DNA of 64,000 nucleotides from Candidatus Woesearchaeota archaeon (GTDB taxonomy: Archaea > Nanobdellota > Nanobdellia > Woesearchaeales > UBA10216): contig NZCN01000001.1 in the NCBI GenBank assembly GCA_002688315.1, forward strand, positions 50,748 through 114,747, read 5' to 3'. Positions 18,461-27,622 of the stretch are shown here, one piece after another. The translations under genes were made by a program, and so were the position numbers. Positions within the stretch are counted from its first letter, which is position 1, and each line of letters begins with the position of its first letter. Under the pieces are notes generated by a model, which saw nothing but the letters and a program-made list of their open reading frames with translations, was not told the origin of the DNA and searched no databases.

Positions 18461-19042
18461 ATGTATCAAAAAAGAAACAAAGAGTTGGAGGTAGTTGGTT
18501 TGTTCAGTGGAAACTATGACCTGCAGCTTTATCTTAGAGAAATAAGCAAGCTTGCTAAACTTCCAGTTAAAACAACACAAAATGTTCTGAACATTTTGGT
18601 GAAAGCTAAAATACTAAAAAGCGAACAACGCGGCAAAAACAAATATTTTTCATTAAATAAACAAAATATACAAACAAAATTTCGCTTATTGCAGGCAGAG
18701 ATTCAAAAGACAGCGATGTTCTTGGAAAAACATCCGCAATTTAATACTTTCTTAAAAGATATTACAATGCATAACCCAATAATACTTTTTGGCAGCTTTG
18801 CAAAATTCACTGCTGATAAAAATTCAGACGTAGATATTTTAACAATCTCCGAAAAAGAATTGCAACTGCCAACCCATCTTTTGCCAAATAAACTTCACGC
18901 AATAAACATTTCCGAAAATAATTTTATGGACTCTCTGAAAAAACGAGAAGCTCTCATCAAAGAAATAGAGGAAAACCATGTTATCTTAAATAACCACTCT
19001 TTTTTCGTCAATACAATGTGGGATTACTATGGAACAAAATAG
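18461..19042 (+). CDS. wHTH-fused minimal nucleotidyltransferase (MNT, antitoxin-type)
   Basis: GSFAKFTADKNSDVDIL matches the GS...D.D NTase motif. The N-terminal ~70 aa is HTH-like. Confidence 0.75.
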   Translation: MYQKRNKELEVVGLFSGNYDLQLYLREISKLAKLPVKTTQNVLNILVKAKILKSEQRGKNKYFSLNKQNIQTKFRLLQAEIQKTAMFLEKHPQFNTFLKDITMHNPIILFGSFAKFTADKNSDVDILTISEKELQLPTHLLPNKLHAINISENNFMDSLKKREALIKEIEENHVILNNHSFFVNTMWDYYGTK

Positions 19043-19559
19043 AACCAACAAAACGCTTAAGTGGTGCTTTAAAATAAAGAATGGACTCAAAGCAGTAGAA
19101 CCAAACGAGCGTTTGTCGAAATCTTACCTAGAAGAAGCAAAATCTTCCTTAGCCAGGGCAGAGAAGGATTTTCAGGAAGGCGATCTGCTATGGGCAAGTG
19201 TTGTTATTTATTACTCAGACTACTACGCATTGTACTCGTTTTTGCAAAGAATAGGTTTAAAGTGTGAGAATCATGCCTGCTCAATTTCAGCTGTAAAATA
19301 TCTTTTGGGAGAAGAAAAAACTAAAATCATTAATGAGCACAAAGATAAAAGAATTGACGCTCAGTATTACATGAAAATTGGGAAAGAAGAAGAAATTGAG
19401 GAGATGCTTAAAGAGGCAAAGGAATTCGTATCTATGTTTGATGGAATTGTGTCGGACATAAATGATGAAGAAGTGCAAGCTTACAGAGACGCAATGATTC
19501 CAAATGACAAAGCTACTGCAAATGAGCAAAGCAATGCAAAAGCTAACAATGAAGACTGA
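19029..19559 (+). CDS. HEPN-domain protein (partner of the MNT)
   Basis: Overlaps the MNT gene by 14 nt. Helical; SYLEEAKSSLARAEKDF..LWASVVIYYSDYYALYSFL is HEPN-like. The nearest match to the Rx4-6H motif is R-IDAQ-Y, so the catalytic His is not evident. Confidence 0.6.
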   Translation: MEQNRTNKTLKWCFKIKNGLKAVEPNERLSKSYLEEAKSSLARAEKDFQEGDLLWASVVIYYSDYYALYSFLQRIGLKCENHACSISAVKYLLGEEKTKIINEHKDKRIDAQYYMKIGKEEEIEEMLKEAKEFVSMFDGIVSDINDEEVQAYRDAMIPNDKATANEQSNAKANNED

Positions 19560-19560
19560 A

Positions 19561-19605
19561 GGAAAGACGATAGTTGAGATGTTGAAAAAGATGAAGAAGG
19601 ATTAA
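19561..19605 (+). repeat. Direct repeat copy B (relic gatE 3' end, GKTIVEMLKKMKKD*)
   Basis: 38/45 nt identical to 18328-18372. It is not part of any long ORF. Confidence 0.75.
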
Positions 19606-19613
19606 TTCCTATT

Positions 19614-20219
19614 CTATTGTGATTCTTGAGTTTGTTTGTATGTTTTTGTTGCCATTATAATGCTTGGTTTTGTGTTAAGCGTCTGTGCTATTTCTTCTAT
19701 ATCTCTTGTTGATTCTAATGCATCTCTTACACCAATTTCCAATTCTACATAAAGCAATGTGTTTCTTTCTCTTTTAGCTCCTAAAACTCCTTCAATTAAT
19801 AATTTTTTCAGAAGTGAACTAGCGTGATTCCTATACTTAAAGCTAGAATTAACATCAGGTTGATCGATAGACCACGCTGATACTTGTACGGCTGTTTGAT
19901 ATGGCTGTTCCGTTAAATGTTTAATTATTGCAGTAGCGGAATTATCGTATCCAATTTTAGGACGATCAGTGAAAATGAGCTTTTCTAACCCTTCTCTGAC
20001 AGCTTGTACGACTTGATCACTAGGAGCATTTTGAAGAGCTAGCTCTAATAAGTTACCAACTTCACCATATAATTCATTTAGAAGCAAAACACGTGCAGCT
20101 CTGTCTGTACTGTTGATTTTAATAGGAGTTACCCTATCTTCTAAGGCTGTGCCTAATTTTTCCATTACTTCTGCAAGACCTTCTGCAGTTTCATAACCAA
20201 TAACAAAGTTGTGAGTCAT
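19614..20219 (-). CDS. Orphan hypothetical protein (201 aa)
   Basis: Long ORF. A consensus promoter lies 23 nt upstream, consistent with a leaderless transcript. No recognisable motif. Confidence 0.6.
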   Translation of the reverse strand: MTHNFVIGYETAEGLAEVMEKLGTALEDRVTPIKINSTDRAARVLLLNELYGEVGNLLELALQNAPSDQVVQAVREGLEKLIFTDRPKIGYDNSATAIIKHLTEQPYQTAVQVSAWSIDQPDVNSSFKYRNHASSLLKKLLIEGVLGAKRERNTLLYVELEIGVRDALESTRDIEEIAQTLNTKPSIIMATKTYKQTQESQ

Positions 20220-20241
20220 ACGATTTTGTCACAATTCCTAC

Positions 20242-20265
20242 TATTTAAATCTTTCTATTTATAAC
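20242..20265 (-). promoter_or_regulatory. BRE/TATA promoter (minus strand GTTATAAATAGAAAGATTTAAATA)
   Basis: Matches the extended consensus seen at 457-480 and 43282-43305. The TATA box is centred about 26 nt before ATG 20219. Confidence 0.5.
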
Positions 20266-20376
20266 TACTATTTAGTGGTGTAATTATGAGTTGTTGCTTG
20301 GTTTTAGAGTTTGTTTGTTGTGGTGCGAACAGTAGTGTAAACCTTTTTAAATGATTTCTGAGAACTTATTATGTAT

Positions 20377-20463
20377 GCCTCCGTAGCTCAGTGGCCAGAG
20401 CGGCGGTTTTGTAAATCGAATCAAAAGAACCGCAGGTCGTGGGTTCAACTCCCACTGGAGGCT
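20377..20463 (+). tRNA. tRNA-Thr(UGU) with a 14-nt canonical (37/38) intron
   Basis: Acceptor GCCTCCG/TGGAGGC, D arm GCTC/GAGC, anticodon stem GCGGT/ACCGC, loop TT-TGT-A with the intron at about 20414-20427, T arm GTGGG-TTCAACT-CCCAC. A TATA-like TTTTTAAATG lies about 27 nt upstream. Confidence 0.85.
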
Positions 20464-20507
20464 TCAATATTCCGAAATGTTTAATCAGCCTATTTAACAT
20501 TGAAAAA

Positions 20508-21149
20508 ATGGTTTCAGAAGATTATATTAGAATGCCTGTAAAAGCGAGAAAAAAGGTAGATCCTTCTATAGTCAAGTACACTGAAAGAAAAGTGTTGTCA
20601 GAATTTGCAGAAGATTATCTTGATTCTATGGAGTTTGAAACTGAAGAAGAAATTGGTTACCTTGGAAACCCTGTTTATGCTTCTAATACTTATGGAAATC
20701 AAGATTATCCTGACGGTTCTATTAAGGACGTAGTTGTTCCAGTTATAGGACTTCATACTCGTGGAGAACAAGATTCTTCACCTTATGCTACTCTTGACAG
20801 ACGTCTTGGAGAAGATACTCTTGAGAATGAAAGACCGCATTTTGAATATGAAAATACACCTATTTTTGATTCACTTAAAGTTGGAGATATAAGCCAACAG
20901 AACTCTTCTGACCCTGAACTAAATGTTGCTGAAGCATCACAAAAACTTACACAATTAGTCAGAGAGCTTGGAACAGCAGTTGTTTCTAGAGGTAATAATG
21001 GCACTTTTGGAGATGTTATTAATAATATGATAACTTCCAAGTCTGTTGCTAAGATGCAAGACGTTATGAATAACAGGATGAAAGGTTTAGATGAAGAAGT
21101 TGAAGGACTCTATGATTTGAAGGTTTTGAAAGATACGTACGACGCTTGA
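20508..21149 (+). CDS. Orphan hypothetical protein (213 aa)
   Basis: First ATG is in frame. The track ORF start (20439) lies inside the tRNA and is rejected. The product is acidic with no recognisable motif. Confidence 0.55.
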   Translation: MVSEDYIRMPVKARKKVDPSIVKYTERKVLSEFAEDYLDSMEFETEEEIGYLGNPVYASNTYGNQDYPDGSIKDVVVPVIGLHTRGEQDSSPYATLDRRLGEDTLENERPHFEYENTPIFDSLKVGDISQQNSSDPELNVAEASQKLTQLVRELGTAVVSRGNNGTFGDVINNMITSKSVAKMQDVMNNRMKGLDEEVEGLYDLKVLKDTYDA

Positions 21150-21195
21150 TAATTCTAAAGAATTTACGTGTATGATGTTTATTATCTACTTTTAA

Positions 21196-21223
21196 GTAAC
21201 TACAAAAACGAAAGGTTTATATA
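21196..21223 (+). promoter_or_regulatory. BRE/TATA promoter (GTAACTACAAAAACGAAAGGTTTATATA)
   Basis: TTTATATA at 21216-21223, upstream of tfe. Confidence 0.5.
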
Positions 21224-21268
21224 GTAGTTGTTTCTCTAGAGTAGTTACAAATTGGGGTTAGAGGTAAA

Positions 21269-21874
21269 ATGGCAAAGAAAAAAACTAAGACTGCAAGGAC
21301 TGCTAAAATAGCTAAAACAGCTAGAACAGGCAGAAATACTAGAAAAACAAGGAAAGTTAAGACTGGTATTGAAAGGCAGAGCACTAAGTTGACAAGCTCT
21401 GTTGTGACTGAATCTATAGGAGATGTGGCTATGCCTGTAGTTGATTATCTTAAAGGAAAAAAGGATATTTCTGAGTTCGTAATAGCAAAAGGAATTAAGG
21501 CTGAAGTTGGCTTTGTGAGGCAGATGCTTTACAAGCTTCAAAACCAGAACTTAGTTACTTATTTCAGAAAAAAAGACAGGGAAAAAGGCTGGTATATAAG
21601 CTACTGGACTTTTAACCAGAAAGGAGTTCCTGGACTTGCTTTAGCTATTAAGCGCAACAGATTGCAAATGTTAAAGGAAAGACTCCAAAATGAAGAAAAA
21701 AACAAAGGATTATTCTACATATGTCCTGGCTTTTGCAGCAGAATGGAGTTTGAAGCAGCTACAGAAGCAGAATTCAGATGCCCTGAATGCGGAAAGGCAT
21801 TACAGAATCAGGATAATGGAAAAACTATTGAAAGAATAAGAGAAAATATAAACGAGTTACAACATTCTAATTAA
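21269..21874 (+). CDS. tfe: Transcription factor E (TFE alpha) with a Lys/Arg/Thr-rich N-terminal extension
   Basis: Winged helix (FVRQMLYKLQNQNLVTYFRKKDREKGWYISYW) plus a Zn ribbon (CPGFC...CPECG). The first ~45 aa read KKKTKTARTAKIAKTARTGRNTRKTRKVKTG. Confidence 0.75.
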   Translation: MAKKKTKTARTAKIAKTARTGRNTRKTRKVKTGIERQSTKLTSSVVTESIGDVAMPVVDYLKGKKDISEFVIAKGIKAEVGFVRQMLYKLQNQNLVTYFRKKDREKGWYISYWTFNQKGVPGLALAIKRNRLQMLKERLQNEEKNKGLFYICPGFCSRMEFEAATEAEFRCPECGKALQNQDNGKTIERIRENINELQHSN

Positions 21875-21906
21875 AAGCATGCCTTCTCTTCGTTCCTAAC
21901 TTTGCT

Positions 21907-23091
21907 TTACTCGTAACGCAAAGCATCTACCGGCTTCAGCTTTGCTGCTTGCATTGCCGGGATAACGCCTGAGAGTGCTCCTACAATAAAGCTGAAGATA
22001 AGCGTTACAATTATTATTATGAAACCTATTTCTATCTTGATGTAAGGAAAGCCAAGTGCGTCTGCAACAAGTTCAACTGTAAATGCAAGGCTCGTTCCTA
22101 TTACTATTCCAAACAATCCTCCTACAGAACCCATAATGCCTGCTTCTGCGAGAAAGATAAATGCTATGTCAGAGTTCTTTGCTCCTATTGCTTTCATAAC
22201 GCCTATTTCGCGCGTTCTTTCAAGGACAGACGTAAACATAGCATTCATTATTCCAATCGCTCCTACAAGAAGCGAGATGGTAGCAATGCCTGCCAGTACT
22301 GCCTGTACAGCTCCGAGAATATCCTTTATCATTTCCAGTATCTGGGCTGGCGTAAGGATATCAAAGTCCTCGTCGTCGTAGCTTCTGAGAAGCTCCCTTT
22401 CTATTATTTCCTGAGCATCTTCTATGTCAATCCCTTCCTTTACATGCACTATCATCGCGTTTATGTCATCCGGCCTGTCAAACATGTCACGCGCATTTTC
22501 AAGCGGTATGTAAATTCTTGAATCAAGCTCAGTGCCTGTTTCAGCGAAAACACCTATTACTTTGAACTTCTCATCCTCGAGAATGATATTGTTTCTTGCT
22601 CTTATTTCCTTGTCAAACTTCTCTTTAGCAACAGTATTTCCTATAAGCATAACTCCGTTATCACTTTTTTCAAAGAGCCTTCCATCTTCAGCCCTGACAT
22701 CAATATCTGCAAAGCCTTTGTCAGCCAAGCTGACATCGTAACCTATAACATTCATGGATTTTTCCTCATTGTTAAATTCAAGAATCCCTGTTTCTGTGAT
22801 TACTTTGTCAACATACTCAACAACGCGTATTGATTCAGTCTTGTCAATCATATCATTAGGAAGCGTGAAAATTGCTGAAGGAGGTCCTTGCAGGTTGGCT
22901 GGAATGATTCTCAGATTCCTTACGCCAAGTTTCTCAAACTGCTCTTCAATCGCGTTCTCAACACCCTGCCCGATAGTTATCAAGGAGATTATTGCAGAAA
23001 TACCTATCACGATGCCTATTATGGTGAGCCACGACCTTAAGCCGCGCTGCCTGATGTTTTTCCAGGAAAAGCGTATATAGTCTTTTGCCAT
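21907..23091 (-). CDS. MacB/FtsX-type ABC permease
   Basis: N-terminal TM, a large extracytoplasmic domain, and a C-terminal FtsX triple-TM with REIGVMKAIGA. Confidence 0.8.
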   Translation of the reverse strand: MAKDYIRFSWKNIRQRGLRSWLTIIGIVIGISAIISLITIGQGVENAIEEQFEKLGVRNLRIIPANLQGPPSAIFTLPNDMIDKTESIRVVEYVDKVITETGILEFNNEEKSMNVIGYDVSLADKGFADIDVRAEDGRLFEKSDNGVMLIGNTVAKEKFDKEIRARNNIILEDEKFKVIGVFAETGTELDSRIYIPLENARDMFDRPDDINAMIVHVKEGIDIEDAQEIIERELLRSYDDEDFDILTPAQILEMIKDILGAVQAVLAGIATISLLVGAIGIMNAMFTSVLERTREIGVMKAIGAKNSDIAFIFLAEAGIMGSVGGLFGIVIGTSLAFTVELVADALGFPYIKIEIGFIIIIVTLIFSFIVGALSGVIPAMQAAKLKPVDALRYE

Positions 23092-23093
23092 TT

Positions 23094-24272
23094 TTATTTC
23101 TTAAGAGCGTCTACTGGTTTTAGTTTTGCAGCCTTTCTGGCAGGCATGAAACCTGATATCATTCCAATTATAACTGCAAAAGCCAGGCCAAAAGCCATAA
23201 CCCAGGATTCAATGCTGACTTTAAGGATGCCAAATCCTGCCTGTTCTGCACTAACACCAATGAAAAACGCTATCAGCGTTCCAAAAGCAACTCCTATTAT
23301 CCCGCCAACAAAGCCTATAAGGCTTGCTTCAATAAGGAATATTGCTATGATTTCGTGGTTAGGAGCACCAACTGCTTTCATAATCCCAATGTCTTTAACC
23401 CTTTCAAGAACAGAAGTGTACATTGAGTTTGCTATGCCTACAGAACCAACAACAAGAGATATTGTTGCTATGCCAACAAGCATTACCTGAAGTATGTCCA
23501 AGATTGCACCCATCTGCTCAAGAAGCTGGTCAGCAGTAACTGCATCAAAGCTTTCCTCGCTGCGCACTTTTTTAAGCTCTTTTTTTACTTTCTCAGCAGC
23601 TTCCTCAATATCAATGCCTGGCTTTACTTTTGCAGTTATGTAAGAGATACCTTCCTCATCCTTAAATAAATCCCTCATTTCTTCGAGAGGCATATAAACA
23701 TTTGAATCATCTTCCGGATTTCCTAAAGACTCAACTATGCCGACAACTTCAAATTTTTCGCCCTCAACTTCAATCTTGTTTTTAACAGAAATCTTTTTTT
23801 CAAACACATCATAAGCTAGTCTAGGCCCAATAACAACTTTGTTGGAATCTGTTTCAAAAGCACGGCCTTCATCAAAGTCTATTCCGAATTCTTCAAACTC
23901 CCTTTTTGCCTTGTCAGAAGGAAATCCCATGCAATAAACATTATCTATCTCATCCTTATACTCAATCTTGCAGCTCTTAAAAAGAATGCCGGAAACATAC
24001 TCAAAATCTGCTATTCCATCAATAATATCAACATCGTCCTCATTAAGTCCTGTGCCAAAACCAGGAACATCACTGCTGGCATAAATCATTACCTTGTCAG
24101 TTCCAAATGCCTCAAACTGCTCCTCTACAGAAGCTTGGAGGCTCTGGCTGACAGAAACCAAAGCAACTATGGAAGCAACACCAATAACAACACCAAGAAT
24201 AGTCAGCCATGAACGTAGCTTTCTGCCGGATATGTATCTAAGTACTAAGACAAAATCATCTTTAAGGCTCAT
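23094..24272 (-). CDS. MacB/FtsX-type ABC permease (paralog)
   Basis: Same architecture, with KDIGIMKAVGA. It lies 2 nt from the downstream permease and overlaps the upstream gene by 4 nt. Confidence 0.8.
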   Translation of the reverse strand: MSLKDDFVLVLRYISGRKLRSWLTILGVVIGVASIVALVSVSQSLQASVEEQFEAFGTDKVMIYASSDVPGFGTGLNEDDVDIIDGIADFEYVSGILFKSCKIEYKDEIDNVYCMGFPSDKAKREFEEFGIDFDEGRAFETDSNKVVIGPRLAYDVFEKKISVKNKIEVEGEKFEVVGIVESLGNPEDDSNVYMPLEEMRDLFKDEEGISYITAKVKPGIDIEEAAEKVKKELKKVRSEESFDAVTADQLLEQMGAILDILQVMLVGIATISLVVGSVGIANSMYTSVLERVKDIGIMKAVGAPNHEIIAIFLIEASLIGFVGGIIGVAFGTLIAFFIGVSAEQAGFGILKVSIESWVMAFGLAFAVIIGMISGFMPARKAAKLKPVDALKK

Positions 24273-25579
24273 TTTCTTCTTCGAGCTATGAAATAATAAA
24301 GAACTGCGCCTATTCCTGTGATTATCATTAGAGTCCAGAGGACTTTCTTATATTTTGGCAGCGAGTTCTTCCAGCAGTCAATAAGCATGAATGCAATGAA
24401 CACAACAAGGATTATATAAACGGCTATCGTTATGAGAACATATGCTAAGCTTTTTGAGCCGTCTAATAAGCCGAATTTTTTTGCATCTGATGTTGAATAA
24501 AGAGGAAGCTTAACAACACTGTTCTTAACTATTTCCTTGTTAAGGCTGTCTTTGTAAGTTAGCCGCACTTTAAGGTTTATGTCGCGAGGCTTAATATTTG
24601 CAGTTCTTATATCAAACTCTGCAGTTTCAAAATCATCAGGTTCTAAATTGCCAAGGTACACGTTTGGAGCAGACACAACTTTGTAGTTTTCTGCCTCTAA
24701 GAGTTCTGCTTCCATGAACCTAATTTCAGCTGGTCCTATGTTTGATACGCTAAGAACAACTTCTCCGTTAGCGCTCGGAGTGTTTACTTCAGTTTCCTTA
24801 AGATCAAGGCTGAATTCCGGCTCATCATAAACTAAAAGGCCAATAGTAGAGTTCCTTAGATGTTTATTCCCTGAATCATCAAGGTAGTCCATGCGTATCT
24901 GTGTTTTGTAATAAGCAGAACTTGCATCAGCGTTTGCAATAAGCTTGAACTTTGTTGTTGTTGATTCACCTGGCGCAATTCTTTTTATGACTTTTTCATT
25001 TGAAGTTCCAATTGGGGAAAGAGGGACTTTATCCAAGTCAAGCGTTAGCCTGACATCCTTAATTAAAGATTTTCCGAAATTTTTCAGAACAACATCAAAG
25101 TCAGCAACACTTCCAGCATTGATACTTTCCGGAATCTTTGCAGATAAAACTCCCAGTATAGCCTCAGAAGATTCCACGCTTATGTCAAACGGACCTGCTT
25201 TTATCCAGTCTTTGCTGCCAATTCTATATCGGAAAAAAAGCTGATGCTCGCCTTCATCAGCATCTTTGTCAACCAAAACTTTATACTTAACGACAACAGC
25301 ATCAACGCCTTTTTGTTTTGCATCCAAGCTTCCTATATCCTTAACAGCAGGCTCTGAAAGACTAAACGGATATTTTGGAAGAAGCTCAACTTCAAGGGCA
25401 TCAATAGAGCGTGATATGTTATTATCTAATCTAAAACGCAGCTCAACATCATCACCTGGCTCAACAGGATCTGGATTTTGGTTAATCAGCTTTACATTTA
25501 TTTGTGTGCCTTTGACTTCAGCTGCAGCGCTAACTGCCAGCAAACTCATCACTATTAATAATATTAACAAAAATCTCAT
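24269..25579 (-). CDS. Secreted CARDB/COG1361-like surface protein with a C-terminal membrane anchor
   Basis: Signal peptide, then [19 protein letters not shown] (COG1361-type pattern). The C-terminal two-TM tail ...[22 protein letters not shown] is PLDc_N-like. Confidence 0.6.
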   Translation of the reverse strand: MRFLLILLIVMSLLAVSAAAEVKGTQINVKLINQNPDPVEPGDDVELRFRLDNNISRSIDALEVELLPKYPFSLSEPAVKDIGSLDAKQKGVDAVVVKYKVLVDKDADEGEHQLFFRYRIGSKDWIKAGPFDISVESSEAILGVLSAKIPESINAGSVADFDVVLKNFGKSLIKDVRLTLDLDKVPLSPIGTSNEKVIKRIAPGESTTTKFKLIANADASSAYYKTQIRMDYLDDSGNKHLRNSTIGLLVYDEPEFSLDLKETEVNTPSANGEVVLSVSNIGPAEIRFMEAELLEAENYKVVSAPNVYLGNLEPDDFETAEFDIRTANIKPRDINLKVRLTYKDSLNKEIVKNSVVKLPLYSTSDAKKFGLLDGSKSLAYVLITIAVYIILVVFIAFMLIDCWKNSLPKYKKVLWTLMIITGIGAVLYYFIARRRK

Positions 25580-26271
25580 TTCTTCGACCTCTTTTGCTTT
25601 ATGATAATCCCATCTTTGAGCAGCTCTATCCTGTCTGCAACTTTAGCCAAATTATGGTCATGGGTAATCATTATAATGGTCTTGCCTTTTTTGTTCAATT
25701 CGCGTAAAAGATTAATTATGTCTCTCCCTGTTTTTGAGTCAATATTGCCTGTAGGCTCGTCAGCAAGTACAACTTCCGGGTCGTTTGCCAAAGCTCTGGC
25801 AATTGCAACGCGTTGCTGCTGGCCGCCTGAAAGCTCAGAAGGCTTGTGAGATAAGCGCTCGCCCAAGCTCACTGATTCAAGAAGTTTTTTGGAACGTTCC
25901 TTTCTTTTAATTTGGGAAATTCCCTGGAACATCATTGGAAGAGCTACGTTTTCCATTGCAGAAAGATTTGAAAGAAGGTTAAACTGCTGAAACACAAAAC
26001 CAATTTTTCTTCCACGAATTGTTGCAAGCTGGCTTTCAGAAAGCTTAGTGATGTCATGGCCATCAAGGTAAACAATGCCTTTAGTGGGGTAATCAAGCGC
26101 TCCAACCATGTTCATAGCAGTTGATTTTCCAGAACCCGAAGGCCCTTCTATTGCTACAAATTCTCCAGAAGCCACTTCAAAACTAAGCCCTTTTAGAGCT
26201 TCAACTTGCACCTCGCCCATCTGGTAAATTTTCCACACGTTATTAAGCCTAATAACGCTATTTTTAGCCAT
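25576..26271 (-). CDS. ABC transporter ATP-binding protein (MacB/LolD-like)
   Basis: Walker [10 protein letters not shown], signature [12 protein letters not shown], Walker B VVLADEPT. Confidence 0.9.
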   Translation of the reverse strand: MAKNSVIRLNNVWKIYQMGEVQVEALKGLSFEVASGEFVAIEGPSGSGKSTAMNMVGALDYPTKGIVYLDGHDITKLSESQLATIRGRKIGFVFQQFNLLSNLSAMENVALPMMFQGISQIKRKERSKKLLESVSLGERLSHKPSELSGGQQQRVAIARALANDPEVVLADEPTGNIDSKTGRDIINLLRELNKKGKTIIMITHDHNLAKVADRIELLKDGIIIKQKRSKK

Positions 26272-26379
26272 AAATGTGTATCTGGATACTCTTATTTAAG
26301 AATTTTACTAATAATTATTGCTGCAAATCAATAAAATTTAAAGTAAAAGTATTTAAATTCCTATAAAGTTCATTTTACC

Positions 26380-26979
26380 ATGCCAATAAGGGAAGAAGAA
26401 AGCAAATTGAAAAAACGGATATTCACTATAATCATATTTTTAGTTCTTGGAAGCAGCATAATTGGATTTACATTCAGCGCAATACCTTTAGGCTTACAGC
26501 AAAACAATGAAATAGAATATAACGGAATAGAATTCTTTCCTACGCAACACGGGCTGGCAACCATTATTGACGAACAAGTTTTTGAGTTTACTTATTACCC
26601 AGATGAACTGTCAGAAATTGACCTTGGAAATGTTATTTCAAAAATTTCCTCAGCAAAAATGTTTTATGCAACATCTCATCCTAACAGCAGTTTAGCCTCT
26701 CAAATAAGCGGTGTTGAATTTGATATGGCCAGAGCTCTTGAAATAAACCACAACTCATTTATGGAAATTGCATTTACTGCTGATAACCTTTATGAAAAAG
26801 AAGTAGTAACGTGCAAAGACGCAACTGCTTTTATCCCTGTTTTACTTTTTAATTTCACAAACACTACAACAAGCGTGACAGAGCAAAATAATTGCATAAT
26901 AATAAACACTGAATCTGAACGTTCTCTTATTAAAATGAAAGATAAACTAATTTATGAATTACTGGGCGTACAACCATGA
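26380..26979 (+). CDS. N-terminally anchored extracytoplasmic protein, paralog 1
   Basis: One N-terminal TM. The C-terminus NNCIIINTESERSLIKMKDKLIYELLG is similar to that of the next gene. Confidence 0.55.
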   Translation: MPIREEESKLKKRIFTIIIFLVLGSSIIGFTFSAIPLGLQQNNEIEYNGIEFFPTQHGLATIIDEQVFEFTYYPDELSEIDLGNVISKISSAKMFYATSHPNSSLASQISGVEFDMARALEINHNSFMEIAFTADNLYEKEVVTCKDATAFIPVLLFNFTNTTTSVTEQNNCIIINTESERSLIKMKDKLIYELLGVQP

Positions 26980-27566
26980 TTTCAGAAAACAAGAGCTCGA
27001 TAATCTTAGCAATTTCACTGATAGCTATAATCGCTGTTTTCTTTGGATTTACTATTTTAAGCAACCCCGAAGGCAACGTGTTTTATAACCAATTTGAATT
27101 TGTAAAAGTCGACGATAAAATCTGGCAAACAGAATGGCAACGAGAAGACCAACTTTACATACTTGACTTCCGCTTTAACCCAAAACAAGTAGAAGATATT
27201 CCGGTAGAAGGAACAATTGAAGTGGAATTCCAATCAAAAACAGCATACCTTACTATTGACCCGTCAGAAGAACCAACAGAAGAAACATCGTATGTAGCCT
27301 TAGCAGCAGTCGAACTTGCAAGAAAACTTACAGACCCTTTTTACCGGGATGTTGTTGCTGCGTGCACAATAAACGAAACAGACGCATGCGCTTCACGCCC
27401 AATAATAACATGTGATAATACTAATCAAACTGTAATACACCTTAAAGAAGCTGATGAAGCAAAGATAACATTTGACAGAAACTGCATAACAATCCAGGGA
27501 ACAAGAGACGGCATAATCAAAGCAGCTGATAAGCTGCTATTCCAATGGCTTGGGATAATGAGCTAG
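26976..27566 (+). CDS. N-terminally anchored extracytoplasmic protein, paralog 2
   Basis: 4-nt overlap with paralog 1. The C-terminus RNCITIQGTRDGIIKAADKLLFQWLG aligns with paralog 1. Confidence 0.55.
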   Translation: MISENKSSIILAISLIAIIAVFFGFTILSNPEGNVFYNQFEFVKVDDKIWQTEWQREDQLYILDFRFNPKQVEDIPVEGTIEVEFQSKTAYLTIDPSEEPTEETSYVALAAVELARKLTDPFYRDVVAACTINETDACASRPIITCDNTNQTVIHLKEADEAKITFDRNCITIQGTRDGIIKAADKLLFQWLGIMS

Positions 27567-27622
27567 AGTTCTTCACGCTTTAAAATAAAAACTATTTAAA
27601 GTAGTAATGAATTTTACATTGC

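Noticed and set aside
19029-19559. HEPN protein as an active RNase toxin.
   Set aside because: I could not find a clear Rx4-6H motif; the closest match is R-IDAQ-Y. Activity is therefore left open, and only the domain-level call is made.
20439-20507. ORF-track N-terminal extensions that begin inside tRNA genes (20439 in tRNA-Thr; 38167 in tRNA-Ala).
   Set aside because: The extension sequences are tRNA sequence read as protein. In-frame ATGs just downstream (20508 and 38206) give sensible N-termini.
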